From: Nageia nagi
Lineage: Eukaryota; Plantae; Pinophyta
DNA length: 64,000 nucleotides
Assembly (NCBI GenBank): GCA_050084985.1
Contig: JBITNC010000001.1
Coordinates: forward strand, 58,962,001 to 59,026,000
Direction of reading: 5' to 3'
This document shows, in pieces, positions 1 through 11,810 of the stretch; the first letter of the stretch is position 1, and the number at the start of each line of letters is the position of its first letter. Position numbers and translations under genes: made by a program. The notes beneath the pieces are model-generated. The model did not search any database and was not told the origin of the DNA. It worked only from the letters and a program-made list of their open reading frames with translations.

Positions 1-3000
1 TTGTCCTCATCGACCTCCTCCAACACAACCTACCATTAGGTACTAAAAACCTTTGTAACCCCAACATTATCTTTATCAATCGCCTCATTTGTAGTATTGT
101 CCATCTTAGGATTAGGCTTTACATATACTAAAGGCTCAAGACCCTTTACTAGGATAGTGTCCTCTTGCTAATATTTGGTAGGCTCTAGAAGAATATCTTA
201 CATAATCCCAAACTATCATCTGACATGGTCAAACTAAAAGTACTCTTAAAAATCAATCCATTCACCAGTGAGAATCCTTTCCTATTTAATTCCTACTACA
301 TCAATCTCTAGCTTGTCCCATACTAGATACAAATGGTATGGGCAAAACTTGACATGGTTAGGAATGAGGTGACTCAACATGTCATGATAAAACCCAACAT
401 CATGATGAACTCCATCAATGGTATGGATGTAGAAATCCTCCATCCATCATATAATTCCCATGGGATACTTTGCATGAGAGGAAAAACCAAGAATAAAAAG
501 TTCATGAGGGCATGCCATGGAGATATGCTCATACTCCCATGCTTATAGAGTAACAGTAACTATCAATGATGTTCTATTACCCTAAGAGTAAAAGAATAGC
601 TCCTTGTAATATTGTACAAAAAGAATCAGATCCTAAGAAAAGATGGTGCCATATTACATTATGTACACTACCATTGGAAGTAGTTATTAAGGAAAATGGC
701 CACTGCTATTATTAGGTAATGCATAGCACTAGATACATCCTATAAAAAAAGAGAATTGAATGATCCCCTACTGATCATTGTGCTAGTATTGAAGATACCT
801 AATCCCACCTAAGCTAATCTTAGACATGATCATATGAACTTGATCTACCTTGTATAAATAAGAGATGGTAGGTATGATGTTGTCTTGATCGATGACATAT
901 TGGATCCTCTAACCCTAAATGGGTAATTTGTATAGATGGTGGATATCCTCCATAGTAATATTCATCTAACCCTTTAGGATATAGAAAGTCAATTTGTAGA
1001 GTCCCACCCCTCGAGCAAAGTCACCATGAGAGGGTAACAAAGCCTAGGGTTGAAAATAACTCAAACCTAAAATGCAAAATTAACTAAGTCAAAAAAAAAA
1101 TCTACCTCTAAGATCAAACACTGGAAACCCAAAGACTAGGTCACCAATCACTAGAGACCTAATGATTAGGTTGCCTAGTTATAGCATCCACTATTTAAAT
1201 GCTAAAGACTATGAAATAGTTCATCCCTAACTAACAAATGCAACCAAGATGGATGCAAAAGGGTAAAATATGAAAAATGCACTAAAAAAGGAAATCTAAA
1301 CTGTTGAAAGGAGTCTAAATGCTAAAATAACAAAATTAACAAGAAACTAAAATTAGGATTTTAAAACCCTACCTCCTCTTTGATTGGTTGCCTATGGATA
1401 GTTGGTCTCCCCCTCGATGATATACTATCCTATGTAATTGATAAGAAGAGAAATAGGTGGTCCAAGATAGATAGTGTGACAAGTCAACTAGAGCTCTAAA
1501 AAACCACAAAAGATAAATAAAAAAATGATAAGTCACTTTGTCTTTTTATTTTGATCGTGCCTTGGTATATCGATGATTTTATGCTAGACATTAATGATTT
1601 ACATGGTATGTCAATAATCAAAACCAATTGTCATCGACCCATAAATTTATGCACATACTAAAAAGAAAAATAGAGAGAGACAGTATTGGTGAATAAAATA
1701 CTTAATCCCTTTTTTTGGTTCATAAACAAGATGAAAATAATAAAACACATCAAAAAATGAACAAGACCCCTATTTGTTAAAATAGCTTAAGTCATATGTT
1801 TAAAGAATTCAAATCTTGTAAATAGTTCATATTCAAAAAAATCAAACATGATTAACAAACATGATATGACCTTCTACATAAGATCATCATGTACCCTAGC
1901 TAATAGGATAGAAGATAGTAATATCAAACCAATTGTATACTCAAAACTCATACTCTATATCGTAGTAGCTTTGACATATGTGGATGACATAGTGTCCTCA
2001 TGTACATACCACAAATAATAGATAAAGTATTGATATAGATATGAGAATCATTTTGGTGTACATGTATATACAAAACCTGTAATTTATCTCTTACTAGCTT
2101 TGACATACATTAATGACACAATGTCATCACATATCTATCACAAACAACACATAGTATTGGGATAGATACACACATCATTTTGGTTTACACCACAATGGTT
2201 TACAAAATACAATAAAAAATTAAAGTGAATAAAACATGAATTGATCATGATTCGACTAATCAAATTTGACTTATTCATGGAGACTAGGTCAACTTTAAAC
2301 ATCGACTAGGTATCGACATAAGTTAAAGGACTTAAACAAAACCCTTCCCAAAAAAAAAAGAGAATATATATATAAAATCACAAAACAAAAATAATAAAAA
2401 AATTTAAAAATAAAATGTATTAAATTTTAAGCCCTTCCTTCTATTTTATGTTTATCTTAGGTTTATATCACAAAATACAAAAAATATTTAAACCTTTCTT
2501 CTAGCATAGGAATCTAGATGAAAAACATATACCCTAGGTCCCTTAAGAGGTACATCAAGAAAACTATTATTAATTCCTTACACCCCTAAATACCTTGGAA
2601 CCTTTTTGTATATATATATATACAAAAAACCCTAAAAATTAAAAAATATGTCAAAGACAAAATGAAATAAGTCTTTTACTTGTTGATTTGACCAAGGTTA
2701 ATTGATTTGAAAAAAATAAAACTTATGCATAATTCCAAATTTGAGACAATTACCCTTATTTTGACAAATAAATAAAGTATGGGATTGGGTATGACTAAAA
2801 ATATTGTATGAACCTTTGCATAAGATCACCATGTAAGCTAACTACTAGGATAAAAAGCAGAACAATCAAAACATTGTATTTGCAAGGCAACTTATTTATC
2901 ACATTCTAGCTTCGACATAAATAGATGATACATACATTCATAAAGTATCTACCATAAATAGTACATAGTATAGTGATATCGATAAGTTTTTTTTGATAAT

Positions 3001-4162
3001 ACAACCACACTACTTTCAAAATGCTTCAAATAGAAAAGATCAAAAAATGAATTTGATCATAATTCAATCAATCAAACTTGGCTTATTCATTGAGAATAGG
3101 TTAATCCAAAATATTGATTAAAGTAAAAAATATAAGTGAATAAACTTGAATACACCAATCTTTAGAAAAGGTAAGTTTTTGAATTATCCTACACTTAAAA
3201 ACTAGCAAATAATTCAAAAAGGGGCAAAATGTAAACACCCAAAAATGACCCTTCTTTCGAAAGATGAAGGAAGATGAAAAATTAAAGTAAAATTAAAAGA
3301 TTTACTATGTTATACCAATTTCTAGAATCTAACTTCAATTATCGATGACTAAGGCTAGATGTCAACTTTCGATAATTAGACACCAACAACTCTAAAATTG
3401 GTAAAAGTAAAATAAAAATAACAACTCTTGAAGAATCTTAGGAAGAAAGCAAGGGATAATAAATGAATCATTATCCATTCTATGCATCCCAGCTTTGGAT
3501 CACAACCATGAAAAAGCTAGATAGGATTTTCTATGCTGATTTTTTTCCCAAAATAAAAAACTTTATTTGTTTTCAAAATATATAAATAAAACCCTCTACA
3601 GTGATATAGGTGACTTGGTTTGAATGCAAACTTACTCTATCAAAATAGATCTAGGTTTTACTAAGTTAGATGTATTATTGTGTTATGTTTTACATGTTTG
3701 TTTATGTTTAGTTTTATGTTTATTTTATGATATGAATGTGTATGTTTGATATCCTTTTTGTTCGTATGTGTGTAGGATCCACAAGTGAGAAATAACTGAA
3801 CTGATAAGAGAAAGTCAAACAAAATTGGAAAAGAGAGAGATTTAGATTCTTTTACATGTTTCAAAAAATAATTTTTGAAGCTTGCACACATTGAAAATAG
3901 GCCTATAAAGGCCTAAACATTACTTTGTAAAAGCCCTTTTACAAGGAAAAAAATTTAAATAGACTCATCACTGTGTCATTTGAGGTCTACTCAAGAGTAA
4001 TAAAGAAAATGTTGGTCGTAACATGTCTTATCTTATTTGCTAATAAGGTTACTTTTTGAGTACGACATCTATAATTAATGTAATCCATGAGATGGTATCA
4101 ATCTATTATATAAGTTTCCAAACTTAGCATGCATGTCTATTGAATCATTTTTCATAACAACA
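1..4162 (+). mobile_element. 3' part of a Ty3/Gypsy (Tat/Ogre-like) LTR retrotransposon: antisense PMD ORF, repetitive 3' UTR, PPT and 3' LTR
   Basis: Purine tract AAAAAGGGGCAAAA at about 3216-3229 is followed directly by TGTAAACACCCAAAAAT at 3230, a typical Tat/Ogre LTR start. A duplicated block occurs at about 1865-2330 and 2805-3150. The LTR end at about 4162 (..TAACAACA) is a guess. Confidence 0.55.
505..1032 (-). pseudogene. Plant Mobile Domain (aminotransferase-like PMD, PF10536) remnant, antisense accessory ORF of a Gypsy element
   Basis: Manual minus-strand translation with frameshifts and stops gives LMVTLLEGWDSTN..FYILKG*MNITMEDIHHLYKLPI*G, matching PMD LITALVERWxxETxTFHLPxGEMTITLEDVxxLLGLPIxG. 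Further on, VTL*AWEYEHI matches LLQxWxxEH. Confidence 0.7.
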
Positions 4163-5039
4163 TAATAAGGTGTTATATATATATATATACCTATCATAGT
4201 ACCAACATGAGTCACCCCTTAGAGCATGACTCCCTCGATGTACTATGCAACAACCTGCATATAGAGTTTCAAGCATCCTACCCAGGGTAATCCTTATCCA
4301 TCAATTCCATAGTCACACACTACCCAAGATATCACACCTTTGAGGCATATATCGATCTCTAGGAGCACCAAGTTCATTTGGCCACACACCACCATAGTGA
4401 CCTTTTAGTGTAGTTTCAAACTACACTCTTAGGTTATGTTAAGGCATTATGACACCTTATAGAGGGTGGATAATAATTTCCCTAATAGATCAAAAGAGGG
4501 TGACTTATAAGCATTCTAAAAGACCTAAGATGATGGTTTTAAACTATTCTTGAAGGAATAAGTTATGATAACTTTTTTAGATTAGTTAATCACCCCTTTA
4601 TGATGCTAACACTTATAAGGGTAGTTTTAAACCATGATATATATCCTTTGTGATTTAGAATTAGGAATTAGATAATCTAAATATAGAAATAGGGAGGAAG
4701 GTTCATTTTTATTTGATTTAGTCTTTTTTTATGAGATAATTACCTTTTATAAAATCTTATTTATTGAAAATTTCAAATGAGATTATTGAGAGAATTTTTG
4801 AAGTAAAAATTATAGATTATAATAAAAAAACAAAATATTAGAATACTATATTAAGTAGTATTCTAGATAATCAAGATAGAAAAGAATTAGAAGATAAGAT
4901 TTAAAATATGTTCACCAACAACTATAGGAAAAACATGTTTATTTAGGATGTAAATTCCCATATATATATTATACATTATAAACATTATTTTCTTTTGATT
5001 AACCAATAAATTTGGTATTAATAAAAAAATATGGAATTT

Positions 5040-6830
5040 TAAAGGATCTTTATAAATTCAAAGAACATAATCATCTCAAAGCTATATTGAGATATCCCTA
5101 GATGCTACATTCTCCTCTCTCTACCAAGCAAATTTTTGAATTTTAAAATGAACAAGCATAAATACTCTATTTATAGTTTGACCTTCAAACCTTATTAACT
5201 TGGATAAATAGAAAAATGATAAACCTTCAACTTTATCTGCAGATTATTTTTACCATTCTAACTTTATCCATAATTTAAATAATTTCTTCCCTAGTATCAT
5301 GAAATAATTTAAGACAACATTTGATTTGTTTTTTCCTATCAAAATTTGAACATAAAATTTTACTTTGCTACTCATCTTCAAATTTGAATTTTAAAACTTC
5401 ATGTTACATCATCTCTACTCTTCTTACTTTTTCTTGGGGGATCAAGCGTGGGTCATTGTATGTAAATTCCTTTGTCCACCTTCCTGGGTTCAAAACTTGG
5501 TTATGGTCTTTTTCTATACTTTGTTATTCTTATTTTGAATCTTCCACTTTCCCTTCATTAGATAGTGAAGGATACTAGTGTTGTTTATTTTGCTTCTAAT
5601 ATTCCTTATTTTTAGCATTATTTTATTAGGTATTTGGTCGCTCTTCTTTAGGTCCTCTTCTAGAGATCGATAATTGCTAATGATGTCTTGCATTTTCCTT
5701 TTTAGTCTGAGAGGGAATTTGTATATTGATTTCTTTATCAGATTGTTCCATCATCTTGATTTTGTTTGCTTGTAATATCTTTATCCTTACCAATAGATAA
5801 GATATGAGACTTTGCTTTCTCATCATGGTTGTTAAGTGCTACACTTTCTTCCTTTTTGTAATGTGCCTCACTCTTCTCCTTAGTAGTGGAAAACTTGAAA
5901 TGATATAAATAATATAATCTTTTCTTTATTTCCCTTCTTAGATAACACTTTTGAAGATGCCCCTATTGTTAATAATTGTATCATCTTAATGTATAAATTT
6001 CATAATCAATGGTTTGGATCCATATCCTCCAAGGTGAAATTAGTGTGATTTTGCTTAGCCAAGGTGAAGATGTCTTCATCCATACCTTGATTCTTTCCTT
6101 GGTCAAATCCTTCTTCTCTACTACATTCTCTTTTATAGGATTATCTATATCTATATATTGTCCTATAGAGTTTGCTATCTAGGGTATAGATGTTGTACTC
6201 CAAAATTTGGTTGGGAACCTATATAGGTTAACCCAAACTAGGTACCATGGAACCTTTTTAATGAAGGGATTAATATCCCTAGACCACTTTCTAATATAAA
6301 GACCCTTTTATCCATAAAATCAATGAGTATTATGTTTTAATACCCTTTTTATATCATCCATGTTTTCAAAAATATATATGAAAAAGTTACATGGAAGAAG
6401 CACAATTTGAAAGTCATTATCACATTCAAAAGTATTTCCTCCATATTGTATTAAATCTTCTCAACAAGATTGCCTACCTTTCATTTTATAGATGATTGTC
6501 TTGCTTAGTTATTGCATATTCAATTCTATGTCTATTTCCAGTATTATCATTGATATTTGTGGTTCTGATCCTTTACATGTTTCTTCTCTTTGGTTATTTT
6601 CCTTCTTTAAGTCTTGTGCTCCATTTGTTCACTCTTTTTCAGGAATCCTCTTTTTGCTAGAAGCATTTTGTTCTCTCTGGTGAAGAGGACTTATTACCTC
6701 CAACTTCAATCCTAGTGATTGCCTTGATTCATCTTTTTATTGTGCTTTTTATCCCCTTCCTCCATCATCTACTAATGATTGCCTTGATTTATACACTACA
6801 AATGTGGATAACTTCTAAACTAAAACTATA
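5040..6830 (-). mobile_element. Degenerate L1-clade LINE: ORF1 (DUF4283) and probable start of the endonuclease
   Basis: Minus-strand translation at about 6120-6400 gives FFIYIFENMDDIKRVLKH..KGLYIRKWSRDINPFIKKVPWYLVWVNLYRFPTKFWSTTSI..IANSIGQYIDID, a classic plant L1 ORF1. Weak APE motifs occur near 5090-5210. Confidence 0.7.
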
Positions 6831-7015
6831 AGAAATCTATAATTTGAAACAAGTTTTGGAAAATAAAAAGTCTATAAAATGTTAGGATTGTTATATGGTT
6901 AGTATTTTATAAGGTGATTATTACATGGGATAAGCTTAGTATAAAATGATTTTAAGGCCCTAACTAGTATAATAAGTAATCAAGATTAAGAATCAATTTA
7001 ATTAGCTACTTGGAA

Positions 7016-7793
7016 CATGCAAATTGATTTGGAAAATTAATAGTAGTTTATTAAAAACTTTATAACAAATAAGAATATTTTAAAGTTGATAAAATACATT
7101 AAATAAAAATTCACAATTTGTACAATGTATTACCCAATTTAAAATGATAATTATAAATTAAAGTACACTTGAATTATATCAATATATACATTATGACTGA
7201 ATTAAGTATGAAATAATGATAAGTTTTAGTAAGAAGTTGAAAAATACTAATAATATTTTAAATTATAAGTTAAAAGTAAAAATGATTTTTTAAAATTTAA
7301 TCCAAATTTAATAAATTTGTAAAAATTTTTTGCACATCATTCATGGATAATTCTCTTTCTCTCTCAAATCAAGATAATTATCCAAAATACATTTTAATTA
7401 TATCATGCAAGCTGATTTGGAAAATTAATAGTAGTTTATTAGAAACTTTATAACAAATAAGAATATTTTAAAGTTGCTAAAATACATTAAATAATAATTC
7501 ACAATTTGTACAATGTATTGCACAATTTAAAATGATAATTATAAATTAAAGTACACTTGAATTATATCAATCTATACATTATGACTGAATTAAGTATGAA
7601 ATAATGATAATTTTTAGTAAGAAGATGAAAAATACTAATAATCTTTCAAATTATAAGTTAAAAGTAAAAATAATTTTTTAAAATTTAATCCAAATTTAAT
7701 AAATCTTTTAAACTTTTTTGCACATCATTGATGGGTAATTCTCTTTCTCTCTCAAATCAAGATAATTATGCAAAATACATTTAAATTATATCA
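7016..7793. repeat. 388-bp tandem duplication (2 copies), plus degenerate partial copies to about 8060
   Basis: CATGCAA.TGATTTGGAAAATTAATAGTAGTTTATT starts at 7016 and at 7404, and the copies are nearly identical throughout. Confidence 0.9.
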
Positions 7794-8144
7794 ATTATTA
7801 ATTATGATTGAATAGTTATGAAAAAATAAATAATATCATTATAAGTTTTAGTTAAAAGATTAAAAATGCTAATAATCTTTTTAATTTTAATCAAAAGTAA
7901 AAACTTTTCTAAATTTTAATCTAAAATTTAAAAAATCTTTAACTCCCTCTCAAATCAAAATATCTATATAAAGTACATTTAAATCTTATTAACTATAAAG
8001 ATTTACAATGAGAAGATGAAAAGTACTAATAATCTTCTAATTTTAATCAAAAGTAAAAATACAGTTAGCTGTTACTTGTTTAGCAGAAGAATATTAGGGT
8101 TCGTTGCTGATGATCTGAGAGCATCTGCTTCGGAGCCCATGGTA

Positions 8145-8605
8145 TACATTGAGCAGAAAATCATGGAATGGATGTGGGATGAGGTAGAAGACTAGCTGAG
8201 GAGAATGTCATGGACACTATGCACCAGAAAGTGTTCTTTGCTAATGACATTGATCTTTATTGTTTTCAATTTCTTTTGCAGAGATTTGAGTTTTTGATAT
8301 TATTGAATTGACTAGGTTTGACATAGATTACGTTGAGCAGAAAGTTATGGAATGTGATCCGTTATCATCCATTTCAATAACCCCTGGCAGGTAGTCTTCA
8401 ACGTCATCCTACATCCCTTCCATAACTTTCTGCTGAAAGTAATCTATGTAAAAGTAGGAAGCTGTTTCTTTTTGAAACATAGTAAATGCAGTTATATCTC
8501 AAACTTAGATCTGTACAAAAGAAATGAAGGTAAGAGAGATCAAGGTCATCGGATTCGGACGAGACACTTACTGGTGCAGAGGGTCCATGCAAATCTCCTC
8601 CTTTA
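8145..8605 (-). ncRNA. Inverted-duplication hairpin derived from the TPL-like gene; candidate pri-miRNA / hairpin-siRNA precursor
   Basis: 8321-8352 is the reverse complement of 8418-8449 at 30/32 nt. Looser complementarity extends over about 8197-8320 versus about 8475-8603 (exon 1 end plus intron 1). 8145-8198 is a second inverted copy matching 8388-8441 at 45/54 nt. Expression and processing are not demonstrated. Confidence 0.55.
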
Positions 8606-8660
8606 GAAACTTATGAATGGTATATACAAATTCAATGTTCAATACATGAGCCGCATCCAT
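8355..8660 (-). pseudogene. TPL: TOPLESS/TOPLESS-related corepressor 5' fragment (LisH exon, phase-2 intron, start of CTLH exon), truncated
   Basis: ATG at 8660 gives MDAAHVLNIEFVYTIHKFLKEEICMDPLH, then a GTAAGT donor (intron 8479-8571), then FQKETASYFYIDYFQQKVMEGM*DDVEDYLPGVIEMDDNG. This is colinear with TPL MSSLSRELVFLILQFLDEEKFKETVHK|LEQESGFFFNMKYFEDEVHNGNWDEVEKYLSGFTKVDDN, including intron position and phase. The acceptor is mutated (TAT|G) and Trp has become TAG at 8409-8411. Confidence 0.85.
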
Positions 8661-8741
8661 TGCCACATCACTCAAAACTCCAGAGACTGGGGACGCTCAA
8701 ATGTGCTTGGCTTTCCAAATTCCAAACCTTCCTCTTCCCTT

Positions 8742-9361
8742 CTTAAAAAACATAAGCAAAACTGAGATAGACAAATATCCAATATAAGTTAAATTGCTCT
8801 AAATACAGATCTGAAAATTAAGCAAAAACAAACAATTGGAAAATACAGCTAAAACTTTCATCTTTTCCAAACCGCCTCATTTAAAAACAAAAACCATAAG
8901 CAAGGGCGATCCTTAAACTGTTAGCAAACTAAGAAATAGACATATATAACGGATCTAATAGAGGATTTATGGAAGAATTGATCTATTCGTTTCCACAGAT
9001 CATACTAATAGTAGAAAAACTTCTCCGAAAAGACGCCATTCGATAAATCAGACTATCCGGATAACAGCATGATATTGAAACCTACTCACTTTTGCAAATA
9101 TTGAGAATAAGCACTAAGAAATGCACTATTTCTCCATGAATTGGCATATACAATAAAAAATGAAAATTCCCAGAGCTCACAAAGAGGGATCAACAACAAT
9201 ACAAGACGGTCCAGTTAGCGCACATACCCACACATTACTGAGCAATGCTTGGTGGCTTGGATGGCTGGAACCCCTATCTGTATATAAATTCAGCTAACAC
9301 AATGGAAACTCTTGGACGTTCGAACTACCCAAACCTAAGATCTTGATCATCCTATTTATAG
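8742..9361 (-). promoter_or_regulatory. Putative Pol II promoter and 5'-UTR intron of the TPL-derived locus
   Basis: Minus strand shows CTATAAATAGG (9351-9361) and TTTATATA (about 9281-9288), a GG|GTATGT donor at 9227, a U-rich intron and a TTATGTTTTTTAAG| acceptor at 8742, about 80 nt upstream of the ATG. CpGs are retained here, unlike in the flanks. Confidence 0.55.
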
Positions 9362-10499
9362 ATGATCTTATACATGAGTGATTCCTACACCAGCACATTC
9401 CTTTATTTTACATATTAGTGTATATAATGTGATCACACTCTAATAGACCCATGGACTATATTGTGGCCAATATTTTTTTTTGGATATTGTACAAATTCGT
9501 AACTGGTCTCTAACATGTATTCATCACATTCATCTAGATCAAATTTTAGACTTATTTAGTCCATCTTGGAATCTATCACTAACAACGTGTGAAACTTGCA
9601 TAATATGTTAATATATTTGTCATTCTATGTAATAATGGTATGATGGGCTTGTTACATATGGTGAACAATGATTTGTTTTTCTAAATTAGGATGCTTATGA
9701 ACAGAAAACTATGTAAAATTAGTGACACATCTAATTAAATATTATGCATAATAACAAAACTATGTAGAATTATTATTTATAATAAATGCTAGTCAAAAGG
9801 TTTTTTAATTTTATTTATTTTATTGTATCATTGAATATTTTTATTATTATGTATTTTATTTTTTATTAAAATAGAAGAGAGGGTTTTTAAAGGTTTCCTT
9901 CAACATTTACAAAATTTGAACTAAGTTTTCGAGTAAACATTCTTCATATCGTTGTATAAAAAAAATTTAAGCCCTTCTTATGGTAATTGAAAAACTATCC
10001 CAATAATTGAATAAAAATAATAGAAAGAAAATACATAAACATCTACAAACCTAATATACACAATAGTGTCATATAGGTTTCTTTCCCTTTATTGAAACAT
10101 ATCCTAGAGTTCCATCTCTTATGAGTCCCATTCTACACTTGAGCTCCTTTACTTGGAGTTCTACTTTCTTAGAATAAATTACTCCCATGCAGTTAGTATG
10201 AAAAAGAAGAACCAACACCTTCTTCATGTTCTTCATCATATCTTTGGTACCAATTAGGCTTCAAGATAAGGTCATTTGGATGGGATTTCCATAGATTCCC
10301 TTGAAGCTTCCATAAGGTGATCAACAATGAATGATGTAGCCTCGTTGACCAATGCTTTCATAGGACTTAAACATTAATGGAAAGGGAATTTCCCTTTCAA
10401 ATGTATTCTAATTTTGTGATTCCTCCTTTTTTCATAATGTTTACAACCTTAGGAGTTATAACATCCATAGCCTATACCTCTTCCCGTATTTCCTCTTTT

Positions 10500-11150
10500 T
10501 GAACTTATTGTGGCTTCTCTTCTTACCAATATGTAGCCTCCATGGGCTTTAAAGCCTTTGTAAAATCCAATTCATTCTCCTCCACACATCCAAAATTTGA
10601 CTCCTTTGTGTTTTTTAGAGTGTATGAAGACAAATTTACAAAATGATAATCATATCCAATCTTAATCAAACTTTGATGCTTTGGGGTGCTCACTTTCTTC
10701 CATTCCACTATTAAATTTTGTAATGACTATAATATGTATATCAGGATGTTCATTGGTTTATTCCTCTTGAGAACATTGAGTAAGGTAATGTTGTAGTTCC
10801 TTAACCAATGTATAGAACCATCCAATGTGAAATAGCCAAAACTACCACCATGGAATTTTTTCTATTTTAGGGTCATGGACTATCAGTTGGAACCTCTCTA
10901 CAAAATCTATATATTATCATTTTTTCCTTTAAATAGCTAAAGTTTGTTATCCATTAAGTGCTTCTCATTTTTTATTTTCTTGCACCCTAGTGATGAGCCA
11001 AATGCCTTAGTTGTGAAATTAGGAAAAATTGTAAAGGTCAAACCTTGAACCTTGATCTTCATGTCCTTTCATGATGCAATCATCTCCATGGCTGATTCCA
11101 TATCTTCTCCTATAACAAATATATAGGAAGAGGATTTATTTTACTAGTAA
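10500..11150 (-). pseudogene. Degenerate retrotransposon accessory ORF (putative plant transposon protein / env-like)
   Basis: Fragments ESAMEMIAS*KDMKIKVQGLTFTI and KHQSLIKIGYDYH resemble accessory ORFs of plant LTR elements. Heavily decayed. Confidence 0.3.
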
Positions 11151-11619
11151 AAGAATCCCCTTAATCTATTCATCCAACATAAGCAATGAAGGCTCTATTG
11201 AAGTTGATATTGCAATTGTGAGCATAATAGAAAAGTTAGGAAAAATAGCATGCCAACTCTACCACCTTAATTTAACAAAGCTAAAAATTACATGAGAGAC
11301 CACTTATCATCTCATGTTCATTAAACATCATTCCTTATACCTCAATTTATAAAATATTTCTCACCCATGTAAATTTATTATTTCTAAAGCCATCACGAAG
11401 GTTTGCACACGAACATATTGAAAATCACATCACACCACTCTATATTATCATTTACAATGATGGTTAATGAGAAAATAAAATAGATCATATTAGCTAGTTG
11501 GAGGTAATAATGATTGAATTTGGATTGTTATAGTTTAATTATTGTGACCATCTTCATCAAGAGTCCCACTTCAATAAGGTTCGAGGGGAATTCCTCCTTC
11601 CAATTTTTGAGATCCTCTT

Positions 11620-11810
11620 TTTGCACTTACAAATTGGAAAGGATATTTGCTGAATCATTCCCTTCTTTATACATATGACAGAATACCACTTTTAGCCATG
11701 ATCCAATTATGGATTGATATTTTTATATAATGTCTTCTAGCATCTAGCTAGAAGGTTGAAGTCCTTTTAACATATTGATAATATTCAAGGATTCATCTTT
11801 TATGATCACC
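11620..11810 (-). pseudogene. RNase H (RVT_3-type) remnant of an L1 LINE
   Basis: Minus-strand VIIKDESLNIINMLK ... LKVVFCHMYKEGNDSANILSN matches VxVEGDSxxII ... HIYREGNxxADxLAN. Confidence 0.55.

Noticed and set aside
8170-8191. Resemblance of UCUUCUACCUCAUCCCACAUCC to miR482/2118
   Set aside because: The similarity is only compositional. The sequence is explained as antisense TPL CTLH codons, not an NB-LRR P-loop site.
8404-8592. 62-aa ORF from the track as a real peptide
   Set aside because: It runs out of frame through the TPL intron. The meaningful frame starts at 8660 and is spliced.
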